From the NCBI GenBank assembly GCA_963790305.1, contig CAWBOC010000009.1, positions 352,001 through 416,000 on the forward strand: a DNA stretch of 64,000 nt, read 5' to 3'. A model generated the notes under the pieces. The model was given only the letters and a program-made list of their open reading frames with translations. It was not told where the DNA came from and searched no databases. The position numbers were made by a program, and so were the translations under genes. Numbering within the stretch: the stretch's first letter is position 1; the number at the start of each line of letters is the position of its first letter. Positions 52,812 through 64,000 of the stretch are shown here, piece after piece. This DNA is from an uncultured Gemmatimonadaceae bacterium. GTDB taxonomy: Bacteria > Gemmatimonadota > Gemmatimonadetes > Gemmatimonadales > Gemmatimonadaceae.

Positions 52812-53471
52812 TCAGAGGCCCGTCGAGTACGTGTTGCCGCGGCGATCCTCCACGACCTCACCCTTGAAGATCCAGACCTTCACACCGATGGTGCCGAAGG
52901 TGGTTTTCGCGGTGGACGTGGCGTAATCGATGTCCGCGCGGAGCGTATGCAGCGGAACCCGACCCTCGTGATAGCCCTCGACGCGCGCGATCTCGGCGCC
53001 GCCGAGGCGGCCACCGGTCTTGATCTTGATCCCCTGCGCGCCCATGCGCATCGCGCTCTGCACCGCGCGCTTCATCGCGCGACGGAACGAGATGCGCTGC
53101 GCGAGCTGCGCGGCAACCTGGTCGGCCACCAGCTGCGCATCGAGCTCGGGACGCTTGATCTCCTCGACGTTGATGCCGACTTCCTTGCCGCTGAGCTTCG
53201 CCAGCTCGTCGCGCAGCTTGTCGACCTCGGCGCCCTTCTTCCCGATCACGACGCCAGGCCGGCCGGTGTGGATGGTCACCACCACCTTGCCGGGCTTGCG
53301 CTCGATCTGAATGTCCGCGATCGCCGCATGACCAAGGCGTGCCTTGAGATACTTGCGCAGCAGCTCGTCTTCCTTGAGCAGCGCCGGGAAGTCACGGTTC
53401 GCGTACCAGCGCGACTTGTGAAGCTTCGTGATTCCCAGCCGGAACCCAATCGGATGCGTCTTCTGACCCAT
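52812..53471 (-). CDS. rpsC: 30S protein S3
   Basis: [29 protein letters not shown]. Confidence 0.98.
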   Translation of the reverse strand: MGQKTHPIGFRLGITKLHKSRWYANRDFPALLKEDELLRKYLKARLGHAAIADIQIERKPGKVVVTIHTGRPGVVIGKKGAEVDKLRDELAKLSGKEVGINVEEIKRPELDAQLVADQVAAQLAQRISFRRAMKRAVQSAMRMGAQGIKIKTGGRLGGAEIARVEGYHEGRVPLHTLRADIDYATSTAKTTFGTIGVKVWIFKGEVVEDRRGNTYSTGL

Positions 53472-53830
53472 TAGCGTTCGCCTCGCTCGGCGACCACGAT
53501 TTCGACGTGGCTCGTCCGCTTTTGAATGGGGGTCGCGCGGCCCATCGCCGCCGGCATGAAGCGCTTGAGCTTCGGCCCCTCGTTGACTATCGCGTGCTTG
53601 ACGTACAGGCGATCGGTATCGAGCGCCTCGCCCGACTCGCGCGCCTTGAATTCCGCGTTCGCCACGGCGGACTTGAGCGTCTTCTCGATCTGCTTGGCGG
53701 CGTGCTTCTTCGAGAACGCCAGCAGCGCCAGCGCCTCGTTCACATCCTTGCCGCGGATCTGATCGATGACCAGCCGCATCTTGTAGGGCGACTGTCGAGT
53801 CGTCCGCTGAAAGGCTCTGACGTCGGTCAT
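53471..53830 (-). CDS. rplV: 50S protein L22
   Basis: [19 protein letters not shown]. Confidence 0.97.
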   Translation of the reverse strand: MTDVRAFQRTTRQSPYKMRLVIDQIRGKDVNEALALLAFSKKHAAKQIEKTLKSAVANAEFKARESGEALDTDRLYVKHAIVNEGPKLKRFMPAAMGRATPIQKRTSHVEIVVAERGER

Positions 53831-54165
53831 GCGGGCTTGCCTCCCTTGGCCGCCGGCGCCGGCACGGCGGGTGTCGCCGATGGCGTCGCCTTCTTGTCGA
53901 CCTTGTTGGCGCCGGTGTGCCCACGGAACAGACGCGTCGGCGCGAACTCGCCGAGCCGGTGACCCACCATGTTCTCGGTCACATACACCGGGATGAACTT
54001 GTTCCCGTTATGCACCGCGAAGGTGTGCCCGACGAACTCCGGCGTGATCGTGCTCGCGCGCGACCACGTCTTCATGACGCGCTTCTCGCTCCGGTCGTTC
54101 ATCGAGCGCACGCGCTTCATGAGCGACTCTTGAATGAACGGGCCCTTCTTTACGCTGCGTCCCAT
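53827..54165 (-). CDS. rpsS: 30S protein S19
   Basis: [21 protein letters not shown]. Confidence 0.98.
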   Translation of the reverse strand: MGRSVKKGPFIQESLMKRVRSMNDRSEKRVMKTWSRASTITPEFVGHTFAVHNGNKFIPVYVTENMVGHRLGEFAPTRLFRGHTGANKVDKKATPSATPAVPAPAAKGGKPA

Positions 54166-54213
54166 GAGCAAAGATCTCGACGATGAAGGATCAGTGTATG
54201 CTGCAAACCGCGT

Positions 54214-55047
54214 TTAGCTGGTCGTCGCCTTCCCCCGCTTGCGGCCGCGTACGATCAGCCGCTGCGAGGACTTCTTCTTGTTCCGGGTCTTCACCCCTTC
54301 CTTCTTGCCCCACGGACTGACGACGTTGCGTCCACCGCGCGTGCGGCCGCCGTGCGGATGATCGACCGGGTTCATGACCTCACCGCGGACCTTCGGGCGC
54401 CGTCCGAGCCAGCGCGTCTTGCCCGCCTTGCCGTGCGACTGCAGCTCGTGCTCGGCATTGCCCACCTCGCCAATCGTGGCGAGACAGTTTCCGTGCACCA
54501 GGCGCACTTCGGTCGACGGCATCTTCAGCGTGACGTACTCGCCTTCCTTCGCGACGACCTGGAGGCTCGTACCGGCCGAGCGCGCCAGCTGTCCGCCGCG
54601 GCCAATGCGCAGCTCGACGTTATGCACCGAGGTGCCGAGCGGAATCTCGCGAAGCGGCAGCGCGTTCCCGGTCCGGATATCCGCCCCCGGACCCGACGAC
54701 ACCGAATCGCCGACTCCCAGCCCCTTCGGGTGCAGGATGTAGCGCTTCTCGCCGTCGGTATACTCGACGAGCGCGATACGCGCCGAGCGGTTGGGATCGT
54801 ACTCGATCTCGCGCACCACGGCGGCGATGCCGTGCTTGTTGCGCTTGAAGTCGATCACGCGATACTTGCGCTTGTGCCCGCCACCGCGCCGCCGCATCGA
54901 GATGTGGCCGTGATTGTCGCGGCCTCCCGACTTCTTGAGCGGCTCGGTCAGCGACTTCTCCGGCGTGGAGCGCGTGATCTCCGCGAAATCGGAGACCGAA
55001 CGAAAGCGCGTCGCGGCCGTGACCGGCTTGAATTGACGAATCGGCAT
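54214..55047 (-). CDS. rplB: 50S protein L2
   Basis: [27 protein letters not shown]. Confidence 0.98.
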   Translation of the reverse strand: MPIRQFKPVTAATRFRSVSDFAEITRSTPEKSLTEPLKKSGGRDNHGHISMRRRGGGHKRKYRVIDFKRNKHGIAAVVREIEYDPNRSARIALVEYTDGEKRYILHPKGLGVGDSVSSGPGADIRTGNALPLREIPLGTSVHNVELRIGRGGQLARSAGTSLQVVAKEGEYVTLKMPSTEVRLVHGNCLATIGEVGNAEHELQSHGKAGKTRWLGRRPKVRGEVMNPVDHPHGGRTRGGRNVVSPWGKKEGVKTRNKKKSSQRLIVRGRKRGKATTS

Positions 55048-55050
55048 GCC

Positions 55051-55341
55051 TCAGCCCTCGAAGATTTCCTCGATCGTTTCCCCTTCGCGGAGACGCACGA
55101 TCGCTTTTTTCCAGTTGTTGCGCGTGCCGACGCTCTTGCCCACCCGCCGCGTCTTGCCACGCCGGTTCGACGTCCACACACCCTCGACGTGCACACCGAA
55201 CAGCTCCTCGATCGCCTGCTTGATCGCCGGCTTCGTCGCCTTCGGATGCACCTCGAACGTGTACTCCTGCCGCTCGTGGAACGCCGCCGAGCTCTTTTCC
55301 GTGATCACCGGACGGACCACGATCTCATGAACGGTCGGCAT
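55051..55341 (-). CDS. rplW: 50S protein L23
   Basis: PVITEKS, WKKAIV. Confidence 0.97.
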   Translation of the reverse strand: MPTVHEIVVRPVITEKSSAAFHERQEYTFEVHPKATKPAIKQAIEELFGVHVEGVWTSNRRGKTRRVGKSVGTRNNWKKAIVRLREGETIEEIFEG

Positions 55342-55344
55342 CGG

Positions 55345-56214
55345 TTACTTCCCCTTCTTCTTGTCGCCACCCTTCTTCCGGGGCGCGGACTTTTTCCGGG
55401 CCGCCGTCGTGCCGCCTGCCTTACGAGCGGACTTCTTCGCCGCGGCCTTGCGAGCGGCCGGCTTGGCGGCCTTGCGTGCACCCTTCTTCTTCGGCGCGGC
55501 CTTCGCTTCGCCCGCCGTCTTCGCCGCGCGAGACTTCTTCGCGGCGCGCCGCGGACGCTTCGTCGGCTCCGTCTCCTCGACCGGCTCGAGCTCCTGACCC
55601 AGCGCGCCCGCCTCGACGAGCACGACATCAGACCAGAGCAGGTGGTAGGCGGACACATCGCCGTACGGCATCACCTGAACGTCCTGGAGGTTGCGCGCGC
55701 TCAGGTAGACGTTCTGGTTGATGCCGCTCGTCAGGATCAGGACCTTCCGTCCCACCAGATCGAGTCGGTCGAGCAGCGCCACGATGCGTTTGGTCTTCGG
55801 CGCGTCGAAGGCGAAGCGGTCCACGACGAACAGCGATTCTTCGCGCGCACGCGCGTTGAACGCGCTCTTGCGCGCGAGGGCCTTCACCTGGCGCGGCACA
55901 TCCTGCCGATAGCTGCGTGGCTGTGGGCCGAACACGGTACCACCGCCCACCCAGTGCGGCGCGCGGATCGAGCCCTGACGCGCACGCCCGGTGCCCTTCT
56001 GCTTCCACGGCTTCTGGTTGCCACCCACCACGTACTTGCGAATCTTCGTCGCCGCGGTTCCCTGGCGCTGGTTGGCGAGGAACGCCTTCACCGCCTGGTG
56101 CAGCACGGGCATGTTCACCGTCCCGTCGAACATCTCCTCGGGCAGCGCCACGCGCTCCCGCTCCGTGCCTAGCGCCGTGTATGCGGCGGCGTTCAGTGTC
56201 TCGGTTTCAGCCAT
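55345..56214 (-). CDS. rplD: 50S protein L4 with Lys/Ala-rich C-terminal tail
   Basis: KPWKQKGTGRARQGS, GGGTVFGP. Confidence 0.97.
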   Translation of the reverse strand: MAETETLNAAAYTALGTERERVALPEEMFDGTVNMPVLHQAVKAFLANQRQGTAATKIRKYVVGGNQKPWKQKGTGRARQGSIRAPHWVGGGTVFGPQPRSYRQDVPRQVKALARKSAFNARAREESLFVVDRFAFDAPKTKRIVALLDRLDLVGRKVLILTSGINQNVYLSARNLQDVQVMPYGDVSAYHLLWSDVVLVEAGALGQELEPVEETEPTKRPRRAAKKSRAAKTAGEAKAAPKKKGARKAAKPAARKAAAKKSARKAGGTTAARKKSAPRKKGGDKKKGK

Positions 56215-56218
56215 GCGG

Positions 56219-56902
56219 TCAGCCCTGCTTGCGGACGAGGAGGATCCCGTTCGTGGGACCAGCCACCGCGCCGCGGATGTAGATGAGGTTCCGTTCCACG
56301 TCGATCTTCTCGACGCGAAGGTTCGTTTCCGTGTGCCGCGCCGCGCCGTAATGTCCGGGCATCTTCTTGCCCTTGATCACGCGCGACGGATCGGTGCCCG
56401 GACCGATCGAGCCCGGACGACGATGCTTGGTATTGCCGTGCGTGTTCGGCCCGCCGCCGATGCCATACCGCTTGACGACACCCTGAAAGCCCCGGCCCTT
56501 CGACGTGCCGGTGACCTTCACTTTCTCCCCGGGCGCGAAGATGTCGACCTTCACCACGTCGCCGATCTTGTAGACGGGGATCTCCGGGTTTTTCCCCGGC
56601 GCGTCGTCGATGCGGAAGCTGCGAAGCACGGCGGGCGGCGCCTCGAGCCCCGCCTTCGCGGCATGCCCAACCTCGGCCTTCGACGCGCGACGTCCGCGTG
56701 GCGTCCGCTCGCCCGACTTCGACGCGCGACGCGTGCGCTGCTGCCCGTACCCGAGCTGAACGGACGCGTACCCCATCCGCTCCTTCTCGTTCACGAACAC
56801 CACCGGATTCGGCGGCGCCTCGACGACCGTCACGGGGATCTGCTGCCCCGCCTCGTTGAAGATCTGGGTCATCCCCAGCTTCTTGCCAATGATTCCGATC
56901 AT
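56219..56902 (-). CDS. rplC: 50S protein L3
   Basis: GKKLGMTQ, KGRGFQG, GKKMPG. Confidence 0.98.
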   Translation of the reverse strand: MIGIIGKKLGMTQIFNEAGQQIPVTVVEAPPNPVVFVNEKERMGYASVQLGYGQQRTRRASKSGERTPRGRRASKAEVGHAAKAGLEAPPAVLRSFRIDDAPGKNPEIPVYKIGDVVKVDIFAPGEKVKVTGTSKGRGFQGVVKRYGIGGGPNTHGNTKHRRPGSIGPGTDPSRVIKGKKMPGHYGAARHTETNLRVEKIDVERNLIYIRGAVAGPTNGILLVRKQG

Positions 56903-56906
56903 GAGC

Positions 56907-57215
56907 TCACTCGACCTTGATCTCGACGTCCACGCCAGCGGGCAGATCGAGCTTCGTCAACGCGTCCACCGTCTGGGCACGCGAATCGAGAATGTCGATG
57001 ACGCGCTTGTGCGTCTTGAGCTCGAACTGCTCGCGCGACTTCTTGTCCACGTGCGGCGACCGCAACACCGTCCAGCGCTGCGTCTTCGTCGGCAGCGGAA
57101 TCGGCCCCGACACCTGCGCGCCCGTCTTCTCCGCCGTGCGCACGATGTCCGCCGATGCCTGATCGATGACGGCGTGGTCGAACGCCTTGAGACGAATTCG
57201 GATTCTGCCTGCCAT
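56907..57215 (-). CDS. rpsJ: 30S protein S10
   Basis: [23 protein letters not shown]. Confidence 0.98.
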   Translation of the reverse strand: MAGRIRIRLKAFDHAVIDQASADIVRTAEKTGAQVSGPIPLPTKTQRWTVLRSPHVDKKSREQFELKTHKRVIDILDSRAQTVDALTKLDLPAGVDVEIKVE

Positions 57216-57231
57216 GAGAGTTCCTTGTCAG

Positions 57232-57281
57232 AATGCGGAAGGCGGAATGCGGATACTATTCCGCATTCCGAATTCCGTATT
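57232..57281. repeat. Family A heptamer palindrome
   Basis: AATGCGGAAGGCGGAATGCGGA / TCCGCATTCCGAATTCCGTATT. Confidence 0.9.
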
Positions 57282-57284
57282 GGC

Positions 57285-58478
<1,194 letters not shown>

Positions 58479-58501
58479 GGTGTGTGTCGGATCCCGTGTC
58501 A

Positions 58502-58555
58502 GAATGCGGAAGTCGGAATGCGGAAGGTGTTATCCGCATTCCGCAATCCGCATTC
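58502..58555. repeat. Family A heptamer palindrome
   Basis: GAATGCGGAAGTCGGAATGCGGA / TCCGCATTCCGCAATCCGCATTC. Confidence 0.9.
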
Positions 58556-58559
58556 GGCA

Positions 58560-60656
<2,097 letters not shown>

Positions 60657-61019
60657 ATCTATCGAAATCTCGCCGTAGCGGCTGTAGTCGCGTCCAGAAA
60701 ATTCATCCAGCAAAAATGCGGGTGGACCGTGACGCCCCTTGAGACAGGAGCCGGTATCCATCCGCTGCCGCCGGGTGCACTCGCCACTGTCGCGCGAATG
60801 GGGACCCAAGGGCGCGCCGAGCAAATGCTCGGCGATCAATTGTCCTGCGTCGCTTTTCGGGAGCGTCAGCGTCCTATGCGCCTTCGCCGGTTCGTCGAGT
60901 TGACGACGCCCCGATCGTTCCGAGGCTCCCCCGCGCCGTTCGCGGGCCCATAATTGCCGGCTCGCAGTTAGCCAGGCTAGTCACGAGCACCGCGACTGCC
61001 GGTGCACCGTAGCCTGTGA

Positions 61020-61047
61020 AATGTATTGAAGTTGCGAGCGGTGTCAA
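61020..61047 (-). promoter_or_regulatory. Putative sigma70 promoter of the fusA-tuf-S10 operon
   Basis: Minus strand TTGACA-N16-TACATT, about 360 nt upstream of fusA. Confidence 0.65.
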
Positions 61048-61074
61048 CGGGACGAGTCACCGTTGATTCAGCGC

Positions 61075-62238
61075 TCACACGCGCACGAATGCGCGTGCGA
61101 AGCCCACCGATTCCGCCAGCCGGCGAGCGGCTGAGCGCGGGGCTGTCAGTCCGTCAGTCAGCCAGATCGACATCTCGGGATTCTGCCAGGGCCGAGCGTT
61201 TCCGTGGCCACTCCAGCGGGGGCGGAGCGCGGCCGACCAGATGAGCTCGCCAAGCCTTACCGAGGGACACGCCCGCCCTTCAGCGATCTGCCATGTGAAA
61301 TAGCGCTCGAGGCGATCGAGCACGAAGCCCGGCGTCGGGGGCTCCATCGCCCGAAGCGCCGCCGCCGGGACGTCGACCCCGGCCAGGCGATGCGCGAGGC
61401 GGAGCGTCCAATAGACACACGTGGTCGCCCGGGCCGCTCGTGCCCGGCTCTCGCAGAGGGCCCAGTCCACTCCGCCTCGCTCCGTCAGCGCGGCGACGTC
61501 GCGCAACGCGCGCCACGCTCCGCCGTTCATCATGTGAGACCACACCCAGTGCCCGCACAGATACACGAGATGGTCTTCAACTGAAGGGATGAGGATCCCT
61601 CGTCGGGCCCCGCGCACCGCGGTGCCGCGACTGGCCACCGCCTCGGCGTCGAGCACAAACGGATGCCTCGCGGGAAACAGACCGGTGTGAAGCTCGAGCA
61701 GGGCCCGCGTGCCGCGGGCGTCCCGCAGCGGCGGCAGGTGGTGGTGGGTCGAGAAGAATGGCGCGTATCGCACGTCGTGCTTCCACACCCAGCCTGATGA
61801 CGCCGCCGCGACGCGTGCAGCGTCGGTCTCCGCAGCGGGCACGAGGACATCGAGATCCAGCATCGGCCGGTCGACGATGGATTCGTAAACACTCCGCGCG
61901 AGGGCCGCACCCTTGAGCAAGACCGTGCGAATACCGGCCGCCTCGAACGCGGCAATGGTCTCGTCGAGACGCTCGTCCATGCGCTGCAGCTCGAACTCCT
62001 CGACCATCGCCAGGCGTCCCATGTCGCCCGCTGCCGATGGCAGGCGTCCGCCTAACGCGTCACGGACGCGGCGCGCCACAACGGGAACGGCGCGCGCTGC
62101 GACAGCCATACGCGTCACAAGACCCCACCGGACTGCACCGACGGCAATCCGGGCTATCTCGGCGTCGTTGCTGCGCGGACCGGCGCAGAGAAACACCAGC
62201 CGTGCTTCAGCGCCGATCGACGGCTCACGCATCAGCAT
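61075..62238 (-). CDS. Uncharacterised nucleotidyltransferase (NTP_transf_5-like)
   Basis: VLLKGAAL, RPMLDLDVLV, LELH, LRDV. Confidence 0.8.
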   Translation of the reverse strand: MLMREPSIGAEARLVFLCAGPRSNDAEIARIAVGAVRWGLVTRMAVAARAVPVVARRVRDALGGRLPSAAGDMGRLAMVEEFELQRMDERLDETIAAFEAAGIRTVLLKGAALARSVYESIVDRPMLDLDVLVPAAETDAARVAAASSGWVWKHDVRYAPFFSTHHHLPPLRDARGTRALLELHTGLFPARHPFVLDAEAVASRGTAVRGARRGILIPSVEDHLVYLCGHWVWSHMMNGGAWRALRDVAALTERGGVDWALCESRARAARATTCVYWTLRLAHRLAGVDVPAAALRAMEPPTPGFVLDRLERYFTWQIAEGRACPSVRLGELIWSAALRPRWSGHGNARPWQNPEMSIWLTDGLTAPRSAARRLAESVGFARAFVRV

Positions 62239-62239
62239 G

Positions 62240-63040
62240 TCAGTAGTGCGCCAGGGTCCCGGCACGCCGGGCGTATCGCATGCCAATCACGAATGCTCCC
62301 GTTCCAATGGCCAACAGCACGACGGCCATCGCCGCGAGGGTCAGCACGTCCGGAAGCACTTCGCGGAAGGCGACGCCATCGAGCCACACCCGCCGAAGAG
62401 CACGCAACCCATAAGTCAGAGGGATGACCCCGGATAGCGACTGAATCCACGAGGGGATGACCGAGGTCGGATAGTAGACGCCTCCGAGCAGACCGGAGAG
62501 AAGCAACACGGCCTGCGGCAAGGGTCCCGTCGTCCGAAACGCGAGCACCATCGCCGCCGCCATCAAGCCAATGGCGAAGTACGCCGCGGTGATCAGCGCC
62601 AGAATCAGGAGCGCGAAGCCGCTATGACCCGCGCTCAGCCGAACGCCAAGGATCACGGCCATCACAATGGTGAGCGCGCCCCGCACCGCCGTCCAAGTGA
62701 ACGCGTATCCAACGAGCCCGGCGATCAACAATGCGAGGCGCGCGCGCGTGGAGAGCATTGCCTCGAGCGTGCCGGTCGCGATTCCCGACGCGACTGCTCC
62801 GGATACGGCGTTCACCGCCGTCGAGAGAAACGAGAACGCCAGCACCCCCACGACGAGAAAGCCAAAGTAATGTCCGCCTTCGTTGCTGATCCGCTCGGCA
62901 ATCACTGGCTGAAGCGCACCGGCGACGAAGTACATCGGGAGGATCGTGACGATCAGGCCACCAATCGACATCAGCATGCCGAGACGATAGCTCGTCGCGG
63001 TAAGCCAGCTGGCGCGCATGAGCGCGAGGGCTTCACGCAT
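62240..63040 (-). CDS. ABC-2 type transporter permease
   Basis: Six hydrophobic segments, GTLEAML, GVYYP...PSW...PLTYGL. Confidence 0.88.
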   Translation of the reverse strand: MREALALMRASWLTATSYRLGMLMSIGGLIVTILPMYFVAGALQPVIAERISNEGGHYFGFLVVGVLAFSFLSTAVNAVSGAVASGIATGTLEAMLSTRARLALLIAGLVGYAFTWTAVRGALTIVMAVILGVRLSAGHSGFALLILALITAAYFAIGLMAAAMVLAFRTTGPLPQAVLLLSGLLGGVYYPTSVIPSWIQSLSGVIPLTYGLRALRRVWLDGVAFREVLPDVLTLAAMAVVLLAIGTGAFVIGMRYARRAGTLAHY

Positions 63041-64000
63041 CCGAACCCTCCTTGCGACGCGCGACGATGCGGTCGAGAAGCTCGGCCAGCGTGAGTGGCG
63101 CGCGCTCGAAGCGCGCGACCCGTACACCCGCGCACGTCAACAGATCGAGCACGCGTGCGGCATCATCGAGGCCGCCTGGAACGTCAACGTCAATGCGGGT
63201 CCATCCGTCTTCCTGCACGCCACCGCTGACGTGCGCGATCACGCCCCGCTCACCGAGGGCGTGCCAGGCGGGGTGCTGAGCGTCTCGCGTCCACGCCCGG
63301 TACCGGGCATCCCCGACTTCGCGCGCGAGCTGCTCAACCGGCCCGGTCGCGAGCAGGCGACCGCGGTCCAGCACCGCCACCCGATCGCAAAGGCCGAACG
63401 CCTCCTCCGCACTGTGCGTCGCGAGCAGAACCGTGCATCCCTGACGTCCGACGAGCTCGTCGCGCAGAAAGACGCGCAACGCACGCGCCGAAATCGGGTC
63501 GAGACTTCGCGTGGGCTCATCGAGCAGAAGAACGCGCGGGCGCGCGAGCAAGGCGCGCGCAATGAGCAGCCGCTGCTTCATCCCTGACGAAAACGTGCCC
63601 ACCAGCTGAGTCGTCGTGGCATCCAATCCCACCAGACCGAGGAGCTCGCGCACCCGGACTGCGACCTCGGCACGAGGAACGCCGTGCAGCGCGGAGAACA
63701 GCCGGAGGTTCTCCGTCGCGGTCAAGCGCCAGTGGAGCGACCGCTCGTCGGCGATGACCGGCGCCAGCACACGCCGCGTGGTGGCCGGGCTGCGCACGAC
63801 GTCATGTCCGAGGACAGTCGCTCGCCCGGTATCCGGCAGGATGAGCGTCGACAGCACCTTGAAGAGCGTGGTCTTCCCAGCGCCGTTCGGCCCGAGCAGC
63901 CCGACGAACTCTCCTTCGTTGACCTCGAGATCGACGTTCGCGAGGGCGAGCCGGGTTTCGCGCGTCAGCGGAGCGCGCATCGCGACGCTCAACGGGCGGC
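63033..64000 (-). CDS. ABC transporter ATP-binding protein (5' end outside the window)
   Basis: GPNGAGKTT, FSSGMKQR, LLLDEP, ATH. Confidence 0.93.
   Translation of the reverse strand, partial: RPLSVAMRAPLTRETRLALANVDLEVNEGEFVGLLGPNGAGKTTLFKVLSTLILPDTGRATVLGHDVVRSPATTRRVLAPVIADERSLHWRLTATENLRLFSALHGVPRAEVAVRVRELLGLVGLDATTTQLVGTFSSGMKQRLLIARALLARPRVLLLDEPTRSLDPISARALRVFLRDELVGRQGCTVLLATHSAEEAFGLCDRVAVLDRGRLLATGPVEQLAREVGDARYRAWTRDAQHPAWHALGERGVIAHVSGGVQEDGWTRIDVDVPGGLDDAARVLDLLTCAGVRVARFERAPLTLAELLDRIVARRKEGSDA

Noticed and set aside
60657..61075. tRNA, tmRNA, SRP, RNase P or rpsL/rpsG remnant in the fusA upstream gap
   Set aside because: No hallmark motifs and no S12/S7-like reading frame were recognised.

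Overview
This is a high-GC (about 68-70% by eye) bacterial chromosomal segment, almost entirely coded on the minus strand. Gene content and protein features suggest Gemmatimonadota (inference, no search run). From right to left it holds: an ABC-2 exporter and a nucleotidyltransferase; a fusA-tuf-S10-spc-secY-adk-map-infA ribosomal superoperon that lacks rpsL/rpsG upstream and the alpha operon downstream; housekeeping genes (ftcD, suhB, trpS, pilT, dapA-like, purA, ypdA, glyQS, peptidases); a compact gas-vesicle-family (gvp) operon; a MoxR/DUF58/BatA/DUF4159 cluster preceded by a ubiquitin-fold gene; and an HDAC-methyltransferase-corA-orphan gvpL/F-Ser/Thr kinase-epimerase-priA run. The gvp operon has three GvpA-family genes, gvpK, gvpG and three GvpF/L genes, no gvpN/O/C, an embedded tandem ArsA/Get3-type ATPase, and a closely linked PAS histidine kinase. 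Non-coding signals include about 12 intergenic palindromic elements built from short tandem repeats (several families, one chimeric), a recurrent frame-independent heptamer GTTAGGC, and a long structured fusA leader. At least five single-base frameshifts, one in rplO, point to sequencing/assembly indels. No rRNA, tRNA, CRISPR array or transposase was recognised.
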